A stretch of 57,230 nucleotides of DNA, filler included, from Sphacelaria rigidula (Eukaryota): the NCBI GenBank assembly GCA_964200075.2. It is 7 parts of 7 records of this genome, joined end to end, with 100 filler letters (N's around TTAATTAATTAA, not from the genome) between each part and the next. Parts side by side here need not be neighbours in the genome. Positions count along the whole stretch, not along the records: positions 8,192 to 16,282 come from CAXNAA020012339.1; positions 16,383 to 24,472 come from CAXNAA020012340.1; positions 24,573 to 32,662 come from CAXNAA020012341.1; 4 more parts are not named here. One strand, written 5' to 3'. Positions 11,315 to 24,584 of this stretch are shown here, piece after piece (the first letter of the stretch is position 1; every line of letters begins with the position of its first letter). The notes beneath the pieces were generated by a model. It saw nothing but the letters and a program-made list of their open reading frames with translations. It was not told the origin of the DNA and did not search any database. The position numbers were made by a program, and so were the translations under genes.

Positions 11315-13220
11315 GAAACTTTCATTTTTTGTGTGTTATCTCTCGTAACACATTATCCACTTCGTCCAAGTCCACTTTCGTACCGCCTCCCCCTCCGAAT
11401 AGCCAATAAGGTGCAGGGCGGAGCAAAACCGATACCCTTTTAACAAGCAGGAGCCTAGGCACAACCACAAGAAGAAAACCCTGCTCCCAGCCAACCGCCT
11501 ACGGCGTACTGTACGCTAGGTACGCCAGAGCATTTTCCTAAACCAGCCCCACTCCCACTGCCACTCCATTCGACGACTGTAGAGCCGCACCATCTTCAAC
11601 GCAATGCCATTCGTCGCGCATGATGATATTGCAAAAAAGGGAACCCCAGAATCGTTCTCCGATATTGTTTCTCCTCTTCCCCCCCCCCCCTACAGTAAGA
11701 TAATAACGCGAGAACGGGAACCAACCTGAGGCCGTGCATCAATTTGTCACAGAGGGCAACAAATGCAAAAAACAACCCCCCGTCAAAGAAACCACGGAAC
11801 ACTAGGCGATGGGAATTCCCGAGCACATGCGTGCGTGCCTGTATGCACGAATGGCGACCGATGGTCTCTCAAACTGTTTCTTATTTGGTGCCTGCTGCTG
11901 CTCCTCAACTCTGCACTGCCATAAATGTATCTCAATTTACCCTCTACCCGATATTCGAGAAGTGACAACCTAATTATCTTTAACAACAAGCGCACACCAA
12001 TGCAATGCACGCCTCCTTCTCCTCGACACCCACGAGCCACCGCCACCATGACGTACCCAGCATGCATGGCACTGCTCTCCAAGGGGTGAAAACGACATCA
12101 TGGAGAAACTTGTTCGATCGATCTCTTCTCCTGCCCATGTGAGGACTGATGATGGGGGTGGGCGAGGGAAAGAAAAAGTGCTCTTTTGGTGTGTGTGCTC
12201 TCGGCTTCTCATCTCCTTTCTCCCTGTTTGCTTCGCTTCTTTCAGCTACCGCGTATCCGGATCCCCTGATCTGCTCTTCGAAAGGGGTTCTTCTGGTCGT
12301 TAGGATTTTCCTACAAAACCACGGAAAGAGAAAATGACACAAACCGTTGTCGAGGAAGACAACGGAAGGACGAGGAAGTTCAACAAGAGGGGCGTGTGGG
12401 GCGGGGGGCATCAATACTGTCGACGTGCTCGGTACGTGTACATGCTGTGTGATGTCTCATGCGAGACACTACTACTATGTGATAACAGGGAGCACAGGCA
12501 CAAGCAGCCCAAAGCATGAAGCAAGCGCAAGGCTTTTTCGTCTGCCAGAAATGATGAGAGGGCGATATTCAAAGATCAGGAACAACCTCAGTTTTCTGCA
12601 TCAGTCCACATCACCTTCGACTTTCATTCTTCGAAGGGCTTCATCTTATCTCAAAAACTTGCGGGCGGCGCCAATGCGTTTAGCGTTGAAAACAAAATTA
12701 CCGGGTAGCAATCGTGTTCGGCCACGTGGCCTGTGAAGCTAAAGGAAAGGGGGAGTAAAATTGCGGTAGGGGGGGAGATGCCGCAACAGCTGCGCGTCTG
12801 CGCTACTTGTTTTTTTTCCTTATAATATTGCACTCGCCTGTAGCAGTCGTCAAAAACCCGAAGACTTAAAAGCATCAATATACCATGGAAAAAAAAAGTT
12901 ACCGATTTTTTTTCAACAACAGTTCATCTTTTCCTTTCGTCAACGTTTCGTCTTCCGGCATGATGAAAAAAAATGAAGAGAAACACTCAGTTGCAATACA
13001 TGCACTATACCGACTATACAGTGATACACTTTATTCGGCATTTCCGTTCATGCAGCAGAGTTTGGCTTTCCGTGTTGTTTGATACAGAAGCTGTCTTGTA
13101 CTATTATTTCTCGCTCTCCTCTATCAACGTTGAGTCTTCTTGGAAAATGAAATCATTACTCTCGCAAAGAGGCGAGTCTTGAAAACATAGAGAGGAAATA
13201 TGAAGGGGGAAAAAACTCAC

Positions 13221-13292
13221 CTTCTTGAAGCCGATGGTGGGAAATTTGCCAGTCTGTACAGGCTCGTCCTCCAAGCCCTTGTTAACGTAAAG
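13221..13292 (-). CDS. internal exon of an unidentified gene (LYVNKGLEDEPVQTGKFPTIGFKK)
   Basis: gtgcag|...AAG|gtgagt; 72 nt, phase 0-0, compatible with the exon at 15473-15848. Further candidate exons near 12696-12730, 11384-11455 and 10700-10787 are unresolved. Confidence 0.6.
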
Positions 13293-14159
13293 CTGCACCA
13301 CGACCACAATTATCGTCGTCATAGAGTGAGTCAAATGGGCAACAAGGGCAGGTAGGTGAGGACAGGAGCCATGCGGGAATCACGAAGAAGAATAAAAAAA
13401 GAAAACTTGAAGGGATGACAGGATATAGAAACATGAGTCAAATAAAATAAAAATGAAAACAAGCTAACCCATGAAAAAACACCACCACTGCTACCGCTAC
13501 GACCACCACCCACAGGATCGACACCGTCATGGGAACAACAATAGCAGACATCATCCCCCCTGACACGAGCAAGAGCCCCAAGAACCCCCTATTCCTCCCT
13601 CGAACAAAACCCAAGCGGGCTTGACAACGCTCCCCCCCCGCCCTCCCTTCCCAGCCTTCTCCAATATTATAGCCACTTGTGCCCAGTTTTCACAGTACAA
13701 TGTGCCGGGTACACAGCAATTGATCACGTGTAACATCTCACTCGTCATCTCACCGGGAAGTTTTGAAGGAGGAGTCGCCAAAGCAAAGTAGTCGTAGGGG
13801 CACTACCACCACCATCACCACCATCGCCTGGATCACTCTTTGGGATCGACATTAACGGGTAACGACATCACACACCACGGGAAATGAATGAACAACGGCA
13901 GGATCAACATGAGCACAGAATTTCAAGGGTAAGGCGAGAAACGAAACAAACAGACGAGAGAGAGACAGAGGGGTGCGGGGAGGAGAAGGAGAGACACAAA
14001 ACAGTAGCCACCCGTCCCTGTGGAAAGGGGAAAAAACGCACACGACCAACCACGCAAATACACCTGGCTAGGACAATTTTCTCATGTTAGTACCAGTGCA
14101 TCAATCATTACAGTTTTTTTTCAGTGTAATTACTACATCGCCCCCTTCCCTCCCCTTCA

Positions 14160-14210
14160 TGGTCAAATGACTAAGGCAAGCAACAAATGAGTACGCCCCC
14201 CCCCCCCCTT
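14160..14210. repeat. dispersed poly-C-bounded repeat GGTCAAA(T/C)GACTAAGGCAAGCAACAAATGAGTACGCCCCCC
   Basis: Recurs at about 18560-18650, 24958-25056, 32155-32230 and 32620-32662 (reverse), twice at 50970-51108, and as diverged variants at 56850-56900 and 57140-57183. Confidence 0.85.
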
Positions 14211-15409
14211 CCCTCCCCTTCCATACCACGTCCCGGCGATACCACCACCACCACCATTACCAACAGCAACTATTACAACGACAGCAGCAGCAACAACGAG
14301 TTTACATTTACATATACGGAGCTGGGCCCCGCCAAGAACGGATCGAAGCTCTCACAGCCATCTCTGATCGACACAGGCGATTGTGGACCGTAGTTCGCGC
14401 ATCTTTTTCATCGTCCCATCAAGGGTAAGATGTTCATCTGCTCAAAAGCCTGGGCCCATTTTTTCTCGTTTATTGAAAACGCCATGTCGGGTAAGTCCTA
14501 TGCCGTACGGAGAAAGGATCCAAACTACAGCTACACGAAACTCCGAACGACACAAACAGCGGTGGTGACGATTGTTGGTATGAACGTTCCCTGGAGGATG
14601 GGAAAACAATCGATACCCTCACCTTCACCAAATTTGTGATCTGTCTACAGACATGGTGCATATAATATTCTGTGCCAGCATCACGTGGATTTCGCGTCTC
14701 ATTCTGAGAGTTGTGCTTCGTAAATTGGTGCCGAGTATCGCAGGGGAAAAATGAACACAAAGGTTTCAGGAGTGCTTTGACATCTAGTATGGAGAGTCGC
14801 CAGGGCATACTGAAAACAAGACAAAACTGGCTCTTCAGTTTATTTCGTGAGTCATCATCATTATGCCATTGCGATTCTCCACACAGAATTTTTAAAAGCA
14901 CAAACATCAAAATTGAGCTGCTAAATGGCCTACAACATACCGCTCCGTTTGTCGACCGGCCCAGGATGAAAATCTGGGATTCTCACCTCAACGCTGAAAG
15001 GTGCTTCTTCAAACTCGGTATGGAAAATCGCTAGGGCGCAATAAAAATAAGAAGAGACGTCGAGATTTTCGTGTCATTTTTTCCATCATGAGTTGGGTAC
15101 GTTTTGAGTGAAAACCGGACTTCGATTTTTGCCCTCAACTCATGAAAAACCAAAAACAAAAAGCGTCCCAAAATTTCCCTCTTTCATTATGCCCTAGCGA
15201 TTTTCCTCGCCAAATTTGCAAGCGCAACTCTCAACATCGACGTGAGAATCGGCCTGCACACCGCAGATCCGCTTCTACACTGACCGAGCTCGTACAGACT
15301 GCTGCCGCCATCCCTGCAACACACCATGACTACGAGCACCAACACCACTACCAGCAACAAAAAAAGCGAAACAGCAAACGACACAATCACGAAATAGATA
15401 CCGACAGGA

Positions 15410-15411
15410 GC

Positions 15412-15444
<33 letters not shown>
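15410..15444. repeat. (AAC)n microsatellite
   Basis: Direct inspection. Confidence 0.95.
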
Positions 15445-15445
<1 letters not shown>

Positions 15446-15472
15446 CAGAGACAAAACACAATCAGCGCACAC

Positions 15473-15848
15473 CTGCTGCACACCAGCCCCGCCAGCAGCC
15501 CCCGCACCCCCGTTCCCCAAGAAGCCATTTTCCCGGACGACACCTAACGCCGCCGCCGCTACCCCCGCCGGATCATCCTCGCCGGCGGCGGGAGCAGGCG
15601 CAGGAGCAGGCGCCGCTGGCAGGTGCGGACCGTGCAGCAGCGGCATCGACGGCGGCGAAATCGGTGGAGGCGGGGGCAGTCCCGTTGCAGATATGGGGGG
15701 AGGAGGGGCCAGGATTCCGTGACGGTGGCCCAGCTTGCTGAGCGCGTTTTCTCTCTCCCTTGCTTCGTCCAGGTATTTCGGGGAGAATTGTTCAACCACG
15801 GCTGGACGTCCGCGCCGTAGACCTGCCGCGTCCAGGGCTTGCTGCCCT
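15473..15848 (-). CDS. internal exon, Pro/Ala/Gly-rich protein of unknown function
   Basis: acgcag|A GGG CAG...CAG CAG|gtgtgc; 376 nt open, GC-rich; peptide GQQALDAAGLRRGRPAVVEQFSPKYLDEARERENALSKLG...PPPP...GVQQ. Confidence 0.7.
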
Positions 15849-16135
15849 CTGCGTTTGTGTTGGTGTTCGGTGCGCAGGAGCGGGTGGGGGTGAAGAGATG
15901 GATGCTGTTATTTTGAGAGCACACACAGATCTTCACTTTTGCGAACGCTGGTCTGGTTACTTTCGGATGGATGACGCGGAGGGCCCAGGACACCATCACC
16001 AACAACAACAGCACAAGCATCAACATTAAAAAATCGTCATGTCGGGAATCGATAATTGCATAAAATATGATCGAATCTAACCAAAACCTCATCTCTATAT
16101 GGAAATATTTCACACCCTGGACAATATATGGTCAA

Positions 16136-16282
16136 TAGATGCAATAGACGAGAAGTGTACTGCATAAAGTATAGATCTATTGTGACTATTGTCGGCAAGT
16201 ATAGGCCTATTGCAATTGTCGGCCGACAATAGTCGCAATAGACCTATACTTTATGCAGTACACTTCTCGTCTATTGCATCTA
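16136..16282. repeat. ~60-bp-arm hairpin running into the contig end
   Basis: 16136-16196 is the reverse complement of 16222-16282 with 2 mismatches. Confidence 0.85.
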
Positions 16283-16382
16283 NNNNNNNNNNNNNNNNNN
16301 NNNNNNNNNNNNNNNNNNNNNNNNNNTTAATTAATTAANNNNNNNNNNNNNNNNNNNNNNNNNNNNNNNNNNNNNNNNNNNN
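16283..16382. other. artificial contig spacer
   Basis: 44N+TTAATTAATTAA+44N. Confidence 0.99.
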
Positions 16383-16679
16383 TCTGTTTCGCGTTTTCCC
16401 TGCAAGAGAGGAGTGCCACTTCAACCCCATATTTTGTATGAACCTCATTTTCTCGGATCCACTGTCAGGGGTGCGAATCGCTCACAAAACATGACGGGAA
16501 GTTTCCCCCAGAAGTGTCCTGGCTCCTCCTGATGGACAAATCAAGTTAGCCACTCAGAAACAAAGGATCCGTTCTGGAAGGCCTTTTGCGCAAATCTCAC
16601 ACTCTGCCGCAGGTGCATTTCTCATGGGTGTACTGATGAATCAGTTTGCAAGTTAATATTATTCCGATGCGGATACCGA

Positions 16680-17560
16680 CTTTCGGGGTGACTACAGACA
16701 AAGACAAATTCAAACAGAGAGTACGACAAAAGCAGTACAAAGCAGTACGAAAGCTGTGCGGTACAGACAGTGCAGTGCAGTGTTGTCTCATCTCCCCTCT
16801 TCCGCTGCTTTCCTTCCCTTCTTCGATGGGTACCATAAATGATCAGATTACACGAAATCTTTGAAATCCGTTGAACCTATGAGCCTCTACGGCGGGTCAC
16901 CTGGGTCTTGCATTCATCTTCCAAGTCAAAGTTATGCCAATACACGGCAGATTATACCCCCTGAAGGTCACTGTATATGGATGGACAAAGCCGAGCAAGG
17001 CTCAGTACAGCACAGGGTAATGTAGCACGAGCAGAACAGTACCGTTCAGGAGAGTGTTGTCTTCCCTCCCGCGCCCCCCCCTGCGTTCCTTCCCATTGCC
17101 CCCATTATCAATTGCCATTGCCATGGACCAGATTACAAAAAACCTCTCGAGAGCGTGAACTCGTCCTCGCCCTAGCTCTGGAATTGAACCCTTGGACCTC
17201 TACGGTGGTTAACCTGTATCTTACACTCATCTTTAAAGTCAAATTGTGTCAATGCATAACAGAGGACTCGCCCTGAAGGTGGTTATATAGAGATGGGCAA
17301 AGCCGAACAAGGCATAGCAGTACAATGCAGGGCAATGCAGTATAGTGCAATTCAGCAGAGTGTTGTCTTCTCTCTCTCCCTCCGTGCGTGCCGTCCCACT
17401 GCTCCCATTAACTATGGGTATCACCATGGACCAGACTGCAAGAAACCTTTGAAGAGTGTGAACTCGTCCTGCCCTCAGCTATGTACGTGAACCGTTGGGC
17501 CTTCACGGTGGGCAATCTGGGTCCCATCCATATTTCGAGTCAAATCGTGCCAAGTCAGTA
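16680..17560. repeat. diverged tandem repeat, about 3 copies of a ~275-310-bp unit
   Basis: Recurring anchors GTGTTGTCT (~16780, 17054, 17360), CAGATTAC/CAGACTGC, TGAACC...CTCTACGG, AAGTCAAA, CCCTGAAGGT. Confidence 0.8.
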
Positions 17561-17623
17561 TATGTGAACACAACACTGAATCTTCATGGCAGCGCAGAGA
17601 TTATTTACAGCCGGCAGGCCACA

Positions 17624-17935
17624 TGTGGCGGTGGAGGTAGACTCTGCATAGCCAGGAAAGAGAAGAGCACAAGACAGTCACCATGGTGTTGTCTGTTCCA
17701 GTACACACCACGCTCCCTTACGTGGGTCCCCAGAGCGGCTGGGTATAAAGGCAGCAACGCTTCTCTGTTACTTTCTTGTAGGAGTACATTACACACGGAT
17801 ATACTTTTACGGAACCGAACACGTTACTCCGGCTCAGACCTCTCCTCCCTTCTTGCCTCCACCGTCCCGTCTGCGTCTTTTCCGTTCATTTGTTTTTGTC
17901 GGGGACCGTGGTTTGTTGGGGAGAGGCCTTCGACA
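17624..17935 (+). repeat. possible solo LTR
   Basis: TG...CA ends, TATAAA at 17744, pyrimidine-rich 3' part; no convincing TSD. Confidence 0.25.
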
Positions 17936-18893
17936 GGCCGGCTTAATCAGAGACGATCTCGAGTGCGATTCGATCACGAGTGCGATTCGAGCGCTGTTTT
18001 TTGCGTTGTGTGCTTGAAATCACAATGCATGTTCTGATAGATTTGCTTTCCGGGAACGTCCCACGCTCGGCACACCAGGCGGCGAAAAGTATTTATTTTT
18101 CAGAGTTTCCGCGAACGCTGCAAGAGTTGAGAAGCAAGGATATAATCCTGCAGTGTGTGTCAGGGGTGTGGACGTGTGTGTAGCTCCTGAACAGGGAGGA
18201 CGTCGCTTAAACGCACGATTTGCTCGTTCTAATGAGGTTGTGTTTCATCAAGCGTATCCACATGGAAGAAAGGAAACGAGGATGAATTGTCTATGGTCGA
18301 TAAAATTCCGTCGAGCAGCCTGACAAAATTCGGAGGCTAACACCCCCCCGATTCGCGCCCCTAACTGTTATTTGGATCAGAGGAAGTTCAAAGTGCGGGA
18401 AAACTGAGGAATGCTTGTACGACAGCTCCAGCCGATGAAAAACATATTTTTAGGATGGACAGAACTCGCGCAGAAGAGAGAGGATGCTGAATTCCTAACT
18501 CTCGTACCGTGGTTGGTGATCGTAAATGCACCACCCCTGACATTCCATACGATTCTGACGGGGGGCGTACTCATTTGTCGTTTGCCTTAGTCGTTCGACC
18601 CTTGACTACACATCCCTTTCGAGACGGAGCATTTCTGACGGGGAGGGGGGGAAGTCATCCCCGAGGGCCGGTTTTTTCCTCTTTCACTTCCATAGTCTTG
18701 AGTATCTCAATGGCGCGACCACCAAAGACCAGATCGTCCCGTACCCGTAGCCCGCGCCTCTAAGCGGACGTTCCTGCAAAGTTCGGACCGTAAACGCATT
18801 TCTACACCCCTCTCAGGAGAAAACAAGAATAATCCAGCTTCAGGTCACATGTAGCCCAACGCGGGGGGTGTATCGACTTCTATTTGTTTTTTT

Positions 18894-19155
18894 GCGTTGG
18901 GATCATCTGGAAAGAGACTCGGGGCTAAGGTAAAGTAAAACTTGAAATGATATAAAATAAAATAAATTGAAGCTGCATGCCTATCCGGCGACTAGTATTT
19001 CTCCCTGGACCAGGTGATTATCTAGCCAGAACTGTTCAGGGTTGGGAGAAAGCAAGGTTTGGTCATTGCACAGGCCTCAACACGGGGCTGACATCAAAAT
19101 TAGGGTTAGGGTTAGGGTAAGTATCCCAAGGTGTCGTCACAGATGATCCAATCGC
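18894..19155. mobile_element. MITE-like element with internal (TTAGGG)3
   Basis: GCGTTGGGATCATCTG... versus ...CAGATGATCCAATCGC imperfect inverted repeat; TTAGGG x3 at 19100-19117. Confidence 0.5.
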
Positions 19156-19315
19156 TGAAATTTACTGTCCCCCCGATACTTGATTCGACGCCGTCGTGAT
19201 GAATGGAGTCCGAATCATCCGAGGCATTTCGCAATTGCTCGTGATGACTAGACGCAGAGGCATGCCCTGTTCGCCGGATTAGTCGTAGCAACTCGAGTCA
19301 GGTTTGGTCAAGTTG

Positions 19316-20290
19316 CCAAGCTCCGATAGGAGATTGGGTCTGTGTCAGCGGGAAATTCCAAGCTCCGATAAGTGACTCGGCCTCTGTCAGCGAAAATGTA
19401 AAAATGGTGTGTCGGTTTGTTGACGAGGGTTCATCCCTTGATCAATTGACTCTCAATAGCTGATCTCAGCTCACAGGACAAACCTCGCACCACTTGATGC
19501 ATCTCTGTTTATGCGAAATGACTTTGTGAGCACTTCTATGTTTTTCATGTTTTCAAAGCGAGTATCTTCTTCTGCAGCATGAAAAAAATCAATGTCGCAT
19601 CTTCAGACAACAGGCGACAGGTAAAAAGCCGAACCTGCCGTATATCCTAAAGTAAGCACGATCCTGTTTCGGTTACTTCTATACCAATCTCAGCTCACAG
19701 TGCGAATCCCGATCAACCGTATGCATCTCTGTGTAGAGAGGACGATTTTGTCAGCTCCCCTTTGTTTCTTTGTAGTTATCGTATCCTGATACATACGAAG
19801 ACCGGTGTTGCGCTTTCAGGCGATACGACAACCGACAACGTCTCCGTGAGATTGAGAGTAAAGCGCTGATCGAGAGTGGCTCTGATCATTCACTATAACA
19901 TGGCCAAAATTTCATTCCGTGTATGCTTTCCTTTGCCTCCATCGCTTGTGGGTCCTTGCAGCTACACGTCGATATCCTACTCGGGGACATCGAGGACCTC
20001 CGTGGCAAGCTACTACAGAAATTTTATTGGGCCTCGTGTACGGGCATTTCGGGACTGAAACAATTGATTCACTAATTGACGGCTTTTCACTCTCAATCGT
20101 ATGCTTCACTCTCAATCTCACCAAAACATTGTCAAGAGTCGAACATGCTGCATACCGTAAATTGAACACGATCCTGTTGCGGTCATTATTTCCGATCGGG
20201 CACCCCTTGATCGATCGCATCCCAAACGATTATCTCAGCCCACAGTGCGCATCTCGCGCCACGTTATGTATTTTGAGCGTTCTTTTGCCA
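19316..20290. repeat. degenerate direct repeats
   Basis: 42-bp CCAAGCTCCGATA...TGTCAGCG twice; ATCTCAGC(T/C)CACAG at ~19463, 19687 and 20232; CACGATCCTGTT twice. Confidence 0.6.
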
Positions 20291-23200
20291 TTCAAGCAGC
20301 TGTCTTTTTCTACTGTACTCGGGAGCCGATATAGGGTTTTCAGGCGGAATCTCCCGTAGGTGCTAGATTGAGGCGCGACCTATTTGCAGGTGGGGTATGC
20401 AAATAAGAGCGTACAGGTCGCGAACGCCTCCGGAACCAAACCCACGACACACCCAGTCTCAAATCGAAGTACTGTATACACGAAACAACGGTCAGTCGTA
20501 CTCCAATGGTCTTGGCCAGCCAAGCATCGCGCATGCTCGATTTCATGGATGCTCTGACGACACGGACTGTATGCAGTATGCATCAGATGCTTAGTATCGA
20601 GAATTCCGCCATATTGTACTGTGGCCCTGCTGTTGTATAAAACACCGCGCTATCTGTGCACTGCCTGCGTACGGAGCAGGCTTTCCAGGTGGCAGCACGA
20701 GTAGTGGGAGTGTTCCTGTATCATACCACTTGTCAACTACACGATACAAAGCACCACAAGCCCTGTACAGTAGTACTACTGTACTACTGTAGTCTGTTGT
20801 CCGCTGTACAGAGTGCACAGTCCGCACGGCAGACAACAGACAACGGTACTCGTAGTGCAATGATTGTGTGATTTCACAAGTTCACCCCCTCCTTGCGTGC
20901 ATGCAGCCGTGTCCATCCAAATGTCGTTACAACAACGTTTTCGTGAAATCGAGAGTTGAAGGTACGATTGAAAGTGGACAGCGGTCGGTTAGTGAATAAG
21001 CCGTTTCAGCACGGAAATGCACCTCCACCAGGCCCAATATTCTCTCTATAGTAGCTTGCCACTGAGGCTCTCGATATTCCTGAGTAGGATATCAACGTGT
21101 AGCTGTAAGCATATGGCAGTGATGAGATGACGAAAAGCACACACGGAATGAAAAATTGTCCAACTTAAAGCGAATGATCAAATCCACTCTCAATCCGCAC
21201 ACAACTCTCAATCTCACGAAAACCTTGCTTTATGTGCCCTGATACACTGTTTTCCAGAGCATAGGCTGCGGCGGGTGTGAACAGTTGACATCACGTAGTT
21301 GCACACACACATGGCAGGGTCACCTTCATTCGAATACTCAGCTGATGTCCTGTTGTCCATGACGCAGCAGCAGCTTTCAACATTATTGGGTTTTCTTGAA
21401 AAATTGCCTTGAAGAAGTAAGTGCTCCAAGAAAAGACGACTCATTCTCTACGACATCCAGTAGGATCTAACAGAAAACTTATCGCTGCCTACGTTCGCGG
21501 TATCCTGCCCTACAACAAGAGAAGTATGTTCGTTGTTGCAGTACTACTGTGAGCTGCGGCGGGGTACGTCGTTGTTTCTTGTGCTCTGCATTTGAACTTG
21601 AATTTATTGTGAACTTGGCTCTAGAGGCGTTCGCGATCTGTACTTTCTTACGTGAATATAGTGGATATACTACCGTACATGCAACACGTGACCTGTAGCC
21701 CACGCAGCTGCTGAAACGTTTTGACACTGTACGATTGGTATCATGTTGAGATGATCCGAACGACTGAAGCGTGCGTCCGAAATCGAGCTTCGCACCTCGA
21801 AGGATGAACCTTTGAATGAAATTTATCGCGTTCAAGTGAATTACGTAAACCAAGTATTGATTTCCCACGCCTCACAGGGTACACAACATACCGATGAACG
21901 AAAGCAGCTGTGATTTCGCGCTGGCCATATGGGGACATATCTCACGATTCACGAGGAGTTCAGCAACCATCCACAGCGTGAATAAACGGCTGGCCCATGA
22001 GCAACAGGTGTAATCCATCTGCTGATATTCACCATGATGGCATTTGACCTAAATATCCATCTGGAGATCGGATGAATGCTGTGCGAAATTACCGCACCTG
22101 ATCTTGCTCACGCCTTTTGCCCACGCCGTTCTCGAGACCTCGAGGCGGAACGAATCCGAAAAAATGGTCGAGACTCCTCGATGAGGAGAGGCAAAACGTT
22201 TCCAAGACGTGTGATGGTGATTATCCCTGTTGGGGGCTCAAAAACCGCGGCAAAGATCCCGAAAATGGGAAGTACGACCCAATGAAAATATTAGCCGTAA
22301 GAAACGGTCTTGAAACACCCGCAGACACCGGATTTCATTTTCCCGAAATCTTCCCCAGGGGTCATTGTCGAACTCTCTGAGCCAAGCAAATCGCAACAGT
22401 GGGCTAGGCTCGTCTCGGTGGGATCATGGAAAGTGCCCGAGACGCGTCATGGCGACATTCTCTATTTGGGGGGCAACAACCGTGTTAAATGTCCCAAACG
22501 TGGGGAGTAAGATCTCCAAAGAATCGAAATCGTGGGAAACAGTCAAAGGCCGCTTTTTACGACGAGCAAAAAATATTTCATGGAAAACGGCCTTTTGGGA
22601 GCTTTGGCGTCGTTTTACGTTTTAAGAATGAGCTCGGCGGGCACCAGTCTTGTTCTTTTTGCATATTTCTTGACGCATTTGCGAGTCAAATATAGTTTCC
22701 CTGTACCATACAAGGGGATACCTCAAACTGTACGGGCCCATCACCTTGCCCGAATTTTGGCTTTGTATCTTTGTATTGTATTTCCGGTGAGAAGTATATC
22801 TTCTCTACATTCGGTGCTTGCTTCGTACGATTGAAAACAAGTAATCAGGCCCGAAAATGGCCGCACCTCCCCCTTTCTAAACTCCGGAGAGGAACAACAT
22901 TCTAAAATAACAACGAACGATAATCACAATCGCGAATCCATCACTAGTTTTACGTGTTACCGTGTACTGTCCCCACCGCCTTCTTCACTGACAAACCTCG
23001 CTGGTAAAACCAGCGCTGTTCAGCTCGACAACGGCCAAAACCGTTTATGAGTGCTTCGAAATAGTAGAATAAGTGCGATACTTGGGTATATTTCGGCCCA
23101 TCTCAAGTAAAGAACTCATTATTCTATCTTCACGTCGCCTGAGTCTGCCCTCTAACTTCGTAACGAACCCATCTGTGAAGCCGTCACAACGACCATTATA

Positions 23201-24472
23201 CCCGGACAACGTATTATTGCCCTTCAGGGCCCTAAATTATGGGACGGGCGTGTGAGAAGGCCATCAGTCGGGGGTCATCTTGTCACCTCCCACCCTTCTA
23301 GTCGCGACGCAGAGATTTCGAAGGAAACGGGCACGGCATGCCAGACATAATGCATATCGCGCTTCGAATCCTTCGTTTGGGATCATGCAGAGTGTGTATC
23401 GCTGAGAATCTGAGGGGTGGGGTTTGTCGCGGGATCTCGTCACTGTTTTCACACGTCTACAGTGAATGCTTGAAGTGTATTACTCATTATTGCTTCCTCT
23501 CTTCGCGACGTGACTAGGAACCGCGTCTCGCGCATTCACCTCCGCCGCACGTGCAATCCAATTTGGTCACAATTTTCGAGTCTAGATCAGGTCAACAGGC
23601 TGCACGTGATCGCGAAACAAGGCCAAGACGTCGCCTATCCGGATATTCCCGTCTGGGAAAAGTAAAAAATAAACGACACTCCGGAGGACGCCCTTCATTC
23701 TATCGATCATGTTGTAGAGGAGCAGTCTACCCACCTTATTTTGGTAGCTACCAACAAACAACTGAGGAAAATGTTTGAGCCTGGCAAGGAGACGTGTAAA
23801 GCAAAGGCGGCGTTATACCTAGAAGCGGCGGAGACATGCCCATTTTTCTACCTCACGTGGGAAGCAACGGTCTATGGTGAGGCCATAGACATTTATCGCA
23901 GGTTCCCCATGTACAGCTTGCCGCCGCTGTAGGCAGCGAAGGCGGAGATAAGCACGCTCTCATTGCGTGTGTGCCAACACCTGGCGTGCGGAGCAGTAGA
24001 TTAGCGGCGAAGAAGCCTGTAGTCATTGGTGCCGGGGATCCTATGTAAGAGGCCCTGGATTTAAGAAAAGGTGGCTTGGTTTTGTTCCGGGGGCACCCGT
24101 TGATGAGAGTAGACAGCGTCAACGCTTGTCGATCGTAACCGATGGTAGCACCGTGCGTGGAACACCTGCTCGCCCTCTCAAATGAAAGACAAGCATCATT
24201 TTTCACGCCAGAGGGAAGGGTTCAAAGGGGAGTATCCGAGTTGTTTCCGTGACGGAATCTTGTGGGCAATGGGCTATCCACGTTGCGTTGAAACCGACTT
24301 CTTGACTGAGGGGGGAAACACAAACCCGCAGCTGATCGATACCAAGACACGAACGGTGCCCGTCTTAGTCATGCCTGACGAGCACCCCCACCCCCTACAC
24401 CCTGTCGGGCATGATCGGGATGCTGTTCCTCGCGCTGGCGCAGCCTGAGGGGGGATGGGGGCTTAGCGCAAG

Positions 24473-24572
24473 NNNNNNNNNNNNNNNNNNNNNNNNNNNN
24501 NNNNNNNNNNNNNNNNTTAATTAATTAANNNNNNNNNNNNNNNNNNNNNNNNNNNNNNNNNNNNNNNNNNNN
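24473..24572. other. artificial contig spacer
   Basis: 44N+TTAATTAATTAA+44N. Confidence 0.99.
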
Positions 24573-24584
24573 AGCGCCGTGATG

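Noticed and set aside
15142..15741. 199-aa plus-strand ORF
   Set aside because: Antisense to the 15473-15848 exon and includes the AAC microsatellite.
16136..16282. miRNA-like hairpin
   Set aside because: Truncated by the contig end; more likely part of a foldback MITE or an end artefact, and it cannot be evaluated here.
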